Assembly (NCBI GenBank): GCA_963748815.1
Contig: CAVVKJ010000005.1
Location: 416,001 to 480,000 of the forward strand
Length of the DNA stretch: 64,000 bases
From: an uncultured Gemmatimonadales bacterium
GTDB lineage: Bacteria; Gemmatimonadota; Gemmatimonadetes; Gemmatimonadales; GWC2-71-9
Reading direction: 5' to 3'
A model generated the notes under the pieces. It did no database searches, had not been told where the DNA came from, and saw only the letters and a program-made list of their open reading frames with translations. A program made the translations under genes and the position numbers. This document shows positions 1 to 8,768 of this stretch, piece after piece; positions within the stretch are counted from its first letter, which is position 1; each line of letters begins with the position of its first letter.

Positions 1-851
1 CCCTCGAGAAGATGGTGCGGGTGTCGGAAGAAGCGGTGACCTACGCCGTCCAGCACGGCCTCCCCGTCATGTATGTCACCGAAGACACGACCCGCGCCCG
101 TCCCGAGACGCTGAAGGCGCTCTACGGCGTGGCGATTCGTTCAGGCGCCCGGCGCATCTGCCTGGCCGACACCGTGGGGTTTTCGACCCCGGCTGGCGTG
201 CGGGCGCTGATCAAGTTCGTCCAGGAGGAGATCGTCATCCCCTCTGGCGAGGCGGTCAAGATCGACTGGCACGGGCATCGCGACCGGGGTCTCGGCATCG
301 CCAACTGCCTCGCCGCCATCGAGGCGGGCGTCGACCGGGTGCACGGGACCGCCCTCGGCATCGGCGAGCGGGTCGGCAACGCCGAGATGGACCTCCTCAT
401 CGTCAACCTCTATCTCCTCGGACTCCACACCGGCGATCTCTCCAAGCTGAGCGAATACTGCCGGCTGGCCTCGGAATCCACCGGCATCCCCGTGCCCGCG
501 CAATACCCGGTCGTCGGGACGGACGCCTTCCGCACCGCCACCGGCGTCCACGCCGCCGCCATCATCAAGGCCCGCAAGAAGGGCGACGAGTGGCTGGCGG
601 ACCGGGTGTACTCCTCCGTGCCGGCGGGCATCTTCGGCTTCCGGCAGCGGATCGAGATCTCGCCGGTGTCCGGCCTGTCCAACGTGAAGTGCTGGCTCGA
701 GGAGCACGGCTACGATCCCGAGGACGCCCTCCTCTCCGACGCGCTGTTCGCGGCGGCCAAGCGCGCCGACCGCGTGCTCGATGACGCCGAATGCCAGCGA
801 CTCATCGCGTCGGCCCGGGAGCGGAGCGTGGCTGATGCCATCCGTCACTGA
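1..851 (+). CDS. LeuA-family (DRE-TIM/HMGL-like) acyl-CoA condensing enzyme, 2-isopropylmalate synthase-like; 5' end outside the window; no C-terminal regulatory domain
   Basis: Motifs ICLADTVG, DWHGHRDRGLGIAN, LGIGERVGNA, FRTATGVHAAAI; frame is open to the window edge. Confidence 0.85.
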   Translation, partial: LEKMVRVSEEAVTYAVQHGLPVMYVTEDTTRARPETLKALYGVAIRSGARRICLADTVGFSTPAGVRALIKFVQEEIVIPSGEAVKIDWHGHRDRGLGIANCLAAIEAGVDRVHGTALGIGERVGNAEMDLLIVNLYLLGLHTGDLSKLSEYCRLASESTGIPVPAQYPVVGTDAFRTATGVHAAAIIKARKKGDEWLADRVYSSVPAGIFGFRQRIEISPVSGLSNVKCWLEEHGYDPEDALLSDALFAAAKRADRVLDDAECQRLIASARERSVADAIRH

Positions 852-2424
852 CCCGCTCGCACGCTCCTACCTCGATCTGCGCTGGAACTTCGACCCGGCG
901 GCCGGGACCGCCGCCGGCGACGCCGGCTCCGACGCCCGCCTCGGCACCTTCGACGACGTGAGCGTCCGCCGGCAACTCGCCGCCTTCCGGGCCATGGCGG
1001 GAGCGGTCGAGGAGATGGAAATCGCGGGGCTGCAGGACGAGATCGACCGCACCGCACTCCTCGACGACATTCGCGTCTCCACCTTCCGCTTTCAGCACGA
1101 ACGCCCCCACGTCCACGACCCCGCCTTCTGGCTCTCCCATCTCTTCGGCGCCTACTACGGATTGATCGACCGGGCCGACGACGAGACGGAGCGCCGCGCG
1201 GCCGCGGCGCTCGCCCGGCTGCAGGCCACCCCGGAGTTTCTCTCGACCGCAGCGGCCACCCTGCGGAGTCCGCCGCCGGTCATGCTGGGCACCGCGCTGA
1301 CCATGATCGAGGGTGGCGCCGGCCTGCCGACGCTGCTGGCCGCCGAGTTCGGGCGTCGCGTACCCGCGATGCATGACACGCTCGCGGCGGCGGCCTACGA
1401 GGCCGCCGCCGCGCTGGCCCATTTCAAGACCACGCTCCGCACCGAGCTCCAGGCCAATCCGGCGGAGCTGTCCTTTGCCGTCGGCGAGGACGAATTCAAC
1501 CGGCGGCTCCATCACGAGCACGCGCTCCGGGCGACGGCTCCCGAACTCTGGCGCTACGGCCTGCGCCTGGTGGAGGACACCGCTGCCGAGATGCAGGCGG
1601 CAGCCCTGGCGCTCCGCCCGGGCGAACCGTGGGCGGAGACGGTGCGCCAGCTGCGCGCGGACGGACTGCACCTGTCGCTGCTCGAGGCCTACGCCGATGA
1701 AGTCGGTCGCGCGCGGGGCTTCGTGGCGGCGTCGGGCATGGTCGCCCTGCCGCCCTCAGAAATCCGGGTGGAGGCGACCCCGGCGTTCCTGCAGCATTTC
1801 CTGCCGGCGGTGTGGTGCGAGCCGCCCAGTCCGGCGGAACGGTCGCGTGGCGGGCGGCTCTTCGTGAGCGACGCGGACGACGGCGCGGCACACTCGCGGC
1901 ACGAAACCTGGGCGTGGGCCGCCGCCGAAGCCTGGCCGGGCCATTTCCTCCAGCGGGAAACCGCGGCGAGCCAGCCCTCGCTCGTGCGGCAGTACCTCTG
2001 GACGCCGCTGACGGTGCGCGGATGGGCGCTGTACGCCGAGGAACTGCTGGCGGCCGCGGGCTTCGCGAGCGGTCCCGAGGCGCAACTGATGGGTATCGTC
2101 CGGCGGCTTCGCGCGGCGGTTCGCGTCATCCTCGACGTCGGGTTGCACACCCGCGGCATGACGCCGACCGAAGGGGTCTCGTACGCGGTGGAGCACCTGG
2201 CGGTGGACCGCGAGGAGGCGATGGAAATGGTGCGCCGGGCCAGCGCGAGGCCGACCTACGCCCTCGCCGACGCGGTCGGGCGGCGGGAAATCCTGAAGCT
2301 GCGGGACAGCTGGCGCGCGCGCGTCGGACCCGACGCGCCGCTCCGGTCCTTTCACGACGCCCTCCTCTCCTATGGCGGGCTGCCGGTGTCACTCATTCGC
2401 TGGGGCATGGAACTCGACGACTGA
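835..2424 (+). CDS. DUF885 family protein (degenerate metal-binding motif)
   Basis: EAWPGHFLQ, GWALYAE, LRAAVRVILDVGLH and FHDALLSYGGLP match DUF885; ATG 835 overlaps the upstream gene end. Confidence 0.85.
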   Translation: MPSVTDPLARSYLDLRWNFDPAAGTAAGDAGSDARLGTFDDVSVRRQLAAFRAMAGAVEEMEIAGLQDEIDRTALLDDIRVSTFRFQHERPHVHDPAFWLSHLFGAYYGLIDRADDETERRAAAALARLQATPEFLSTAAATLRSPPPVMLGTALTMIEGGAGLPTLLAAEFGRRVPAMHDTLAAAAYEAAAALAHFKTTLRTELQANPAELSFAVGEDEFNRRLHHEHALRATAPELWRYGLRLVEDTAAEMQAAALALRPGEPWAETVRQLRADGLHLSLLEAYADEVGRARGFVAASGMVALPPSEIRVEATPAFLQHFLPAVWCEPPSPAERSRGGRLFVSDADDGAAHSRHETWAWAAAEAWPGHFLQRETAASQPSLVRQYLWTPLTVRGWALYAEELLAAAGFASGPEAQLMGIVRRLRAAVRVILDVGLHTRGMTPTEGVSYAVEHLAVDREEAMEMVRRASARPTYALADAVGRREILKLRDSWRARVGPDAPLRSFHDALLSYGGLPVSLIRWGMELDD

Positions 2425-2442
2425 CCCGAACGAGGAGCGCGC

Positions 2443-3555
2443 GTGAGAATCACCGTCCTGACGTACGTCGAGGCCAGCGAACGCTCCACCGAATACGACG
2501 TGGTGGTGAACCAGGTGGCGCGGGCGCTGCGGCGCCAGGGCCACCAGGTGGCCATCCTCGGGGTCCACGCCGACGTAAAACGGGTCATCGCGGGCCTGCA
2601 GCGCCGCCGCCCCGACCTCGTCTTTAACATGGTGGAAATGTTCGCCGAGAACATCTTCGGCGACATCGCGATGGAAGGACTCCTCGACCTCCTCGGCCTC
2701 GAGTACACCGGCTGCGGTCCCGGCGAATCGTACCTCACCCAGGACAAGGCCCTCTCCAAGAAACTTCTCGCCTTCCACGGCATCCTTTATCCCCGGTTCG
2801 CCGTCTTTGCCCGCGACGCCGATTTCGAGACCGGCGGCAACCTCCGCATGCCGCTCTTCGTCAAGCCGCTCCGCACCGATGCCTCCATCGGCATCCATCG
2901 CAACTCCCTCGTGACCGACATGAAGACGCTGATGCGCCGCGTGGCGACGATCCACGACGACCTCAACGACTCCGCCCTGGCCGAGGAGTACATCGAGGGG
3001 CGGGAGTTCTACGTGGGCGTGCTGGGGAATCATGACCCGATCGCGCTGCCGCCCATCGAGCTGGATTTTTCGGGGCTCCCCGAAGGGGTGCCGCACGTGC
3101 TCGACAGCAAGGCGAAGTGGGACGAGAACAGCGCGGCCTACAAAGGGACCAAGTCGGTGCTCGCGGACCTGCCCGACGAGCTCCGCGCGAAGCTCCAGAA
3201 GGTCTCGGTCGACGCCTACCGGGCGCTCCGGGTCCGCGACTACGGTCGCGTCGACCTGCGGCTCACCGACACCGGCGACATCTATGTGCTGGAAGTGAAC
3301 GCGAGCTGCTACCTGGCCCGCGACAGCGAATTTGCCATGGCGGCGGGTGCGGCGGGGATTCCCTATCCCGCGCTGATCCAGCGGATTGTGGACCTGGCGA
3401 CCGACCGGTACCGGCGTGGGGCCGGGCTGCGGACGCGCACTGAAAGCCCCAAGAAGGCGCCGACCAACGGCAAGAAGAGCGGGGAAACGGGAAAGAAGCC
3501 GGCGGAGGAGGGGAAGAAGGGCGAGGAGAGTTCGAAGAAGGCCGCCGAAGACTAG
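2443..3555 (+). CDS. D-alanine--D-alanine ligase-like ATP-grasp enzyme (non-canonical)
   Basis: YTG..DKALSKKLL, PLFVKP, EEYIEGREF, YGRVDLR, LEVN; GAGGAG RBS before GTG. Confidence 0.85.
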   Translation: MRITVLTYVEASERSTEYDVVVNQVARALRRQGHQVAILGVHADVKRVIAGLQRRRPDLVFNMVEMFAENIFGDIAMEGLLDLLGLEYTGCGPGESYLTQDKALSKKLLAFHGILYPRFAVFARDADFETGGNLRMPLFVKPLRTDASIGIHRNSLVTDMKTLMRRVATIHDDLNDSALAEEYIEGREFYVGVLGNHDPIALPPIELDFSGLPEGVPHVLDSKAKWDENSAAYKGTKSVLADLPDELRAKLQKVSVDAYRALRVRDYGRVDLRLTDTGDIYVLEVNASCYLARDSEFAMAAGAAGIPYPALIQRIVDLATDRYRRGAGLRTRTESPKKAPTNGKKSGETGKKPAEEGKKGEESSKKAAED

Positions 3556-4574
3556 CGGAGGTAGCCGCCCGAGTGGACGTAGTTCATGGCGAGCGACGTG
3601 ACGAGGGTCGTCAGGGCCACCGTGATGGCTGGCTCCTGCGACTCATGGTAGGACAGGTCGAGGCTCTGCGCCCTCGCCGCCAGATGATCGACGAGGACCC
3701 GGGTCCGATCGGGGAAATGCCCGGTCCATCGAAAGACGTTGCCGAGGAGCTCCGGCTCCAGGCGGCGGAGGAGCTGGGAGGCCGCCCTCGGCTGGAGCAA
3801 GGCCCCACGCTCGGGAAAGATGCTCTTCAGCATCATGTCGAGGTTGAGTCCGAGACGCGATTCCTGCGGCAACAGGTCGCGATAGAACTTGGCGAGGGAG
3901 TACTCGATTTCCCCGACATCCTCATCCAGTTCGTCGTCCACCACGACCGGTTCCCGGTCGAGCAGTAGCGCGAGCGTGCGCTCGCAGTACTCGAGCTTGG
4001 CCAGCGCCTCGGGCCTCGCGCCGTACTCGCCCCGCCAGTCCAGCCCCGGGGTGATGGAGACGGCAAAGGTCTCGGCCCAGTCCTCGTCCGGGTGCTTCTG
4101 GGCGTACCACCCCGGCAGGTGCCGGACGTGCTTCCGGCTGAAGGGAACGGGGCGATAGTCGTCCTCGTATGGCTCGCTCATCGAGCCGAACAGCTGCTCC
4201 CACTCCGGCTGGTCGTAGAGCCGGTAGGCGTAGTTCACCACATGGCCCATCTCGTGGCGCAGGTACCGGAGAATCTCCTCCCGGTCCTGTCCCTCCACGT
4301 GGCCGGCCCGTTCGGCATGCATCTCCTCGAGCTCTTCGTGGGCCAGGTAGAACGGAATGGCAATGGCCACCGTCTCGAACGGGACGCCCCACTCGGTGGA
4401 GAGGTAGAAGCGGGGGGATACCCGGCGCAGTCCCACGACCTCTAGCTCCTTGCGGAACTCCTCCACGACCGGCTCGAGCCGGGTCCCCTCGATGGTGAGC
4501 CCGAGGTCGCGAATGGGCATCGACCAGAGGGTCGATTCGCGGAAGGTGGTCGGGGGCGAGAGCGGGGCGGCCAT
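3552..4574 (-). CDS. putative zinc-binding metallopeptidase
   Basis: LRHEMGH zincin motif plus YAQKHPDEDWAETF. Confidence 0.85.
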   Translation of the reverse strand: MAAPLSPPTTFRESTLWSMPIRDLGLTIEGTRLEPVVEEFRKELEVVGLRRVSPRFYLSTEWGVPFETVAIAIPFYLAHEELEEMHAERAGHVEGQDREEILRYLRHEMGHVVNYAYRLYDQPEWEQLFGSMSEPYEDDYRPVPFSRKHVRHLPGWYAQKHPDEDWAETFAVSITPGLDWRGEYGARPEALAKLEYCERTLALLLDREPVVVDDELDEDVGEIEYSLAKFYRDLLPQESRLGLNLDMMLKSIFPERGALLQPRAASQLLRRLEPELLGNVFRWTGHFPDRTRVLVDHLAARAQSLDLSYHESQEPAITVALTTLVTSLAMNYVHSGGYLR

Positions 4575-4665
4575 GGGACAAAAATAGCCTCGCCCGGCAG
4601 GATGGGCAGGCGGCGGGCCACTTGAGGCGTACGCTTTTCCGTACATTTCTGAGATAAGTCATTTT

Positions 4666-5913
4666 ATGACAAATAGTTATGGAGCTGCTGAAGGCGGCCG
4701 ACAGCCTGCCCCGCAGCCCCACCGCCCCGCGGCCCCGCCGACGGCGCTGCCGCCGACCGTCAAAGGTCTCTCCCTCGTCTCGCTCTTCAACGACTTCGCG
4801 AGCGAGATGGTCTACCCCCTCCTCCCCGCCTTCATCACCTCGCTGGGCGGGGGACCTGCCCTCCTCGGGGCGCTCGACGGGGCCTCGGACCTCACCTCCG
4901 CCGTCCTCAAGTGGCTCAGTGGACGCTGGGCGGATCGGCCCGGCTGGCGGAAGCCCCTCATCCTGATCGGATACGGCACGGCCCTCTTCATTCGGCCGTT
5001 CATCGCCCTGGCCGGGGCGGCCTCCACCGTGCTCGGGTTCCGGGTCATCGACCGGGTGGGGAAGGGGCTGCGGACCCCGGCCCGCGATGCGATGATTGCC
5101 GACGCCACGCCCGCCCCGCTCCTCGGCCGGGCCTTCGGATTTCACCGCGGTGCCGATCACTTCGGCGCCGTGCTCGGATCGGTGGCCGCCTGGTTCCTGC
5201 TCAGCCGGGGGGTCGCGGTGCGCGACGTCATCGCCTGGACCTGGCTACCCGGTCTGGTCGTGATGCTGATCCTCTTCCGGGTGTTGCGAGATGCGCCGTC
5301 GGTCAAGCCGCGCGATCCTGTCGCGTCGACACCGGTCGACGCCACCGGGCGCGTCTTCTGGGGCCCGGTGCTGATGCTGGCGGCACTCACCCTCTTCCGG
5401 GTGCCGGAGGCGCTGCTTCTGTTCCGGCTCCAGGGACTCGGCGTTCCGGTGGCGACCATCCCGCTGGTCTGGGCCGGCCTCCACGTGGTGCGCAGTGCGG
5501 CGGCGTATCCTGGTGGATGGATGAGCGACACCCTCGGCACGCGGGGGACGGTGGCGGTGGGGGGGCTTGTCTTCGCGGCGGTGATGTACCTGATGGGCGG
5601 AGAGCTTACCGAGCTGGCCGGCGTGGCGGCGTTCCTGGCCCTCGGCATCGCGGGCGGGCTCCTGGAACCGGCGGAGCGATCACTCGTGGCCCAGCTGGCA
5701 CCGGTCCGCACCGGGCGCGGCTTTGGGGCCTACCACGGCGTGACCGGACTGGCGGCGCTTCCTGCCGGGCTGCTCTTCGGCCTGGTCTACCAGGGCGCCG
5801 GGGCGGGCGTCGCGCTTCGGGCGTCGGCGGCGTTGATGGCGGTCACGTCGCTGGGGTGGCTGGTCCTTCGTGCCCCCGGTCGGCGCCCTCCACCACCCCT
5901 CCCGACACGATGA
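4666..5913 (+). CDS. MFS transporter
   Basis: About 12 hydrophobic segments; SGRWADR and DRVGKGLRTPARDA motifs; start uncertain. Confidence 0.85.
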   Translation: MTNSYGAAEGGRQPAPQPHRPAAPPTALPPTVKGLSLVSLFNDFASEMVYPLLPAFITSLGGGPALLGALDGASDLTSAVLKWLSGRWADRPGWRKPLILIGYGTALFIRPFIALAGAASTVLGFRVIDRVGKGLRTPARDAMIADATPAPLLGRAFGFHRGADHFGAVLGSVAAWFLLSRGVAVRDVIAWTWLPGLVVMLILFRVLRDAPSVKPRDPVASTPVDATGRVFWGPVLMLAALTLFRVPEALLLFRLQGLGVPVATIPLVWAGLHVVRSAAAYPGGWMSDTLGTRGTVAVGGLVFAAVMYLMGGELTELAGVAAFLALGIAGGLLEPAERSLVAQLAPVRTGRGFGAYHGVTGLAALPAGLLFGLVYQGAGAGVALRASAALMAVTSLGWLVLRAPGRRPPPPLPTR

Positions 5914-6424
5914 AGGCCATCACGTCGCTGCTGTTGGCGGCGATCGGCGTCACCTGGTCCCGCGGAAAGAGCAGGACCTGCCCGGCAAAGTTGTAGGACT
6001 GCGGCAGGTAGACCGCGACCAGATCCGACAGGCCCAGGGAATCGAGCGACTCCCGCGTCAGAAATCCGAGGGCGCGGGCATTCCCGCCGGGGATGAGCTG
6101 CACTACCACGGGGCGGTCGAAGCGCTTCTTCTCCCCGACGAACGCCCCCAGGACTTCCTTCAGCGAATTGTAGAGGAACCGGACGAGCGGCACCCGCTCC
6201 ATCGCCTGTTCGACGAGCCCGAAGAGGGAACTCCAGAGGTAGGTGGTGGCCAGCCATCCGACCAGCGTGATCAGCACGATGGTCACCACGAATCCGACCC
6301 CGTCCCACGGCAAGCCGAGCCAGCTGTCCACCGCGCGGAAGATGCTCCAGCAGACGTAGAGCGTCAGGGCGATCGGCGTGGAGAGCAGCAGCCCGTTCAC
6401 GAAGTATCGGACCATGCGGTTCAT
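5843..6424 (-). CDS. DUF502 domain membrane protein
   Basis: Two TM helices, RVPLVRFLYNSLKE, AVYLPQSYNFAG, MAFIVSGG. Confidence 0.8.
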   Translation of the reverse strand: MNRMVRYFVNGLLLSTPIALTLYVCWSIFRAVDSWLGLPWDGVGFVVTIVLITLVGWLATTYLWSSLFGLVEQAMERVPLVRFLYNSLKEVLGAFVGEKKRFDRPVVVQLIPGGNARALGFLTRESLDSLGLSDLVAVYLPQSYNFAGQVLLFPRDQVTPIAANSSDVMAFIVSGGVVEGADRGHEGPATPAT

Positions 6425-6618
6425 CAGCAGCACCTTGTCGGGGAATCGCCGTAGCGGGCGGTGACGTACGCCGCATAGTACTCCCGTTCGCTGGGCACCG
6501 CTTCCCCGGGGTGGAAACGGCACCGGTGCTCGAGGTAGGCGGCATAGTCCGGCATTCCTGCGATGCGCCGGACCACGCGCAGCCCCTGCCGGAGGCACGC
6601 CCCGAATTCAGCTCGCAT
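6424..6618 (-). CDS. YbdD/YjiX family small protein (CstA-associated)
   Basis: GMPDYAAYLEH...HP...EREYY...RY...RCC C-terminus, directly downstream of cstA. Confidence 0.85.
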   Translation of the reverse strand: MRAEFGACLRQGLRVVRRIAGMPDYAAYLEHRCRFHPGEAVPSEREYYAAYVTARYGDSPTRCC

Positions 6619-8641
6619 AGCTGGTCGCCACATACGGCGCCTCCCTGGTGGTGGCGGGCGTCGTCCCTCGCAGGATGCCGAGCCAGACCCGCGCCGAGGA
6701 AATGACCACGAGGACCACGACCGCCATGAACAGCGCCGCGACGGCGACGTTCAGGCGGTCGTTGAAGATCAATCGGGCTCCCGTGGCCGCATCCACCCCT
6801 CCGCTGGCCATCTGGGCGCTGGTGGCCGCCGCGTGCGCGAGGAATCCGAGCCGCGGATCGGCGGCAAAGATCTTTTGCCACCCCGCCGTCAGCGTGACCA
6901 CCAGCAGCCAGGCGAGCGGCAGGAGGGTGACCCAGGCGTATCGGGCCTTGCCCGAGCGCATCAGCACGGTGGTCCCGACCGCGAGCGCGATGGCGGCGAG
7001 CAGCTGATTGCTGATGCCGAAGAGCGGCCACAGCGTGTTGATCCCGCCGAGGGGGTCGTGCACACCCTGCAGCAGGAACCACCCCCACCCGGCGACGACG
7101 GCACCCGAGGCGAGCACGGTGCTCGGATACCACGACGTCCGTCCCATCGGCTCCCAGAGGTGGCCCGCCAGCTCCTGGAACATGAAGCGACCGACGCGGG
7201 TGCCGGTATCGACCGTGGTCAGGATGAACAGCGCCTCGAACATGATGGCGAAGTGGTACCAGAGGGCGGTCAGGTGGGCGCCGAAGACGCCGGCAAAGAT
7301 CTGCGCCATCCCCACGGCCAGCGAGGGCGCGCCGCCGGTGCGCGCGAGGAGGGTGGACTCACCCACCGAGGCGGCCAGCGCCTCCATCTGTCCTGGCGAG
7401 AGGACGAAACCCCAGCCCCGGATCGTCTCCGCGGCGGCGTCGAGCGATCCGCCGAGGGTGGCGAGGGGAGCGTTGATCGCGAAATAGACGCCCGGGTCGA
7501 GCACCGCGGCGGCGCAGAGCGCCATGACCGCCACGAACGACTCCATCAGCATGCCGCCGTAGCCGATGAGCGGGGCGTCGCCTTCGCGGCGCAGCATCTT
7601 GGGGGTGGTGCCGCTCGCCACCAGGGCGTGGAAGCCGCTGATGGCGCCGCAGGCGATGGTGATGAAGGCGAAGGGGAAGAGTTTCCCGGCAAAGATCGGC
7701 CCGGTGCCGTCGATGAACTGCGTGACCGCGGGAAGCTTGATCGGCGGGAGGACCACGAGGATCCCGATCGCCAGCAGGACGATGGTGCCGACCTTCATGA
7801 AGGTCGAGAGGTAGTCCCGCGGACAGAGGAGCATCCAGACCGGGAGCACGCTCGCCACGAAGCCGTAGGCGATGATGAGCCAGGCGATGGTGGTGCCGTT
7901 CATCGTGAAGAGCGGGGCGAGCACGGCGCTCTCCGCCACCAGGCGCCCGCCGATGAGCGCGGCCATCAGCAGCACGATGCCGACGGTCGTGGCCTCGAGG
8001 GTCCGGCCCGGTCGCCACACCTTCATCCAGAACCCCATCAGCAGCGCGATCGGCACGGTGCAGGCGATGGTGAACATCCCCCACGGGCTGTCGCGAAGGG
8101 CGTTGACCACGACCAGGGCGAGGACGGCGAGGAGGATGATCATGATGGCCAGGATGGCGACCATCGCCGCGAGGCCGGTGACGGGGCCGATTTCCTCCTT
8201 CGCCATCTGGCCGAGGGACTTGCCATCCCGACGCATGGAGGCGAAGAGGATGACGAAGTCCTGCACCGCGCCGCCCAGGACGACGCCGAAGACGATCCAG
8301 AGCATCCCGGGGAGGTACCCGAACTGGGCAGCGAGCACGGGGCCAACCAGCGGGCCGGCCCCGGCGATGGCGGCAAAGTGGTGGCCGAAAAGTACGCCTC
8401 GGGTTGTCGGCACAAAATCCCGGCCGTTGGTGAGGCGCTCCGCCGGGGTCGCCCGGGTCGGGTCGATCTCCAGGACCCGAGCCGCGAGGAACCGGGCGTA
8501 GAAGCGATAGCCGACGAGATAGGTGCCGACCGCGGCGAGCACCAGCCAGGCGGCGTTGATGGTCTCGCCACGGTGGAGCGCGAGGACCCCCCACGAGACC
8601 GCGCCGATGACGGACACGAGAATCCAGCCGATGGTTTGCAT
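6608..8641 (-). CDS. cstA: carbon starvation protein A (peptide/pyruvate transporter)
   Basis: FGHHFAAIAGAGPLVGP, ITIACGAISGFH, LWPLFGISNQLL. Confidence 0.95.
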   Translation of the reverse strand: MQTIGWILVSVIGAVSWGVLALHRGETINAAWLVLAAVGTYLVGYRFYARFLAARVLEIDPTRATPAERLTNGRDFVPTTRGVLFGHHFAAIAGAGPLVGPVLAAQFGYLPGMLWIVFGVVLGGAVQDFVILFASMRRDGKSLGQMAKEEIGPVTGLAAMVAILAIMIILLAVLALVVVNALRDSPWGMFTIACTVPIALLMGFWMKVWRPGRTLEATTVGIVLLMAALIGGRLVAESAVLAPLFTMNGTTIAWLIIAYGFVASVLPVWMLLCPRDYLSTFMKVGTIVLLAIGILVVLPPIKLPAVTQFIDGTGPIFAGKLFPFAFITIACGAISGFHALVASGTTPKMLRREGDAPLIGYGGMLMESFVAVMALCAAAVLDPGVYFAINAPLATLGGSLDAAAETIRGWGFVLSPGQMEALAASVGESTLLARTGGAPSLAVGMAQIFAGVFGAHLTALWYHFAIMFEALFILTTVDTGTRVGRFMFQELAGHLWEPMGRTSWYPSTVLASGAVVAGWGWFLLQGVHDPLGGINTLWPLFGISNQLLAAIALAVGTTVLMRSGKARYAWVTLLPLAWLLVVTLTAGWQKIFAADPRLGFLAHAAATSAQMASGGVDAATGARLIFNDRLNVAVAALFMAVVVLVVISSARVWLGILRGTTPATTREAPYVATSYAS

Positions 8642-8684
8642 TCTCACAAGATGTTGCCGAATCACGATTGCCGGAAGCACCTTC

Positions 8685-8724
8685 GCTTCCCCGCTTCCCC
8701 GCTTCCCCGCTTCCCCGCTTCCCC
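8685..8724. repeat. tandem repeat (GCTTCCCC)x5
   Basis: Five perfect 8-mers in the cstA/SDR divergent intergenic region. Confidence 0.95.
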
Positions 8725-8730
8725 GCCTGC

Positions 8731-8759
8731 TTGCCCTCTCCCGGATCGCGCCGTACCTT
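8731..8759 (+). promoter_or_regulatory. putative sigma70 promoter for the SDR gene
   Basis: TTGCCC-N17-TACCTT, 9 nt before ATG 8769. Confidence 0.5.
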
Positions 8760-8768
8760 CGACAGTCT

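Noticed and set aside
6421..6432. Selenocysteine read-through at the YbdD/YjiX Cys-Cys-TGA-TGA end
   Set aside because: Both Cys are TGC codons, the TGA is the normal family terminus and overlaps the next ATG; no SECIS-like hairpin recognised
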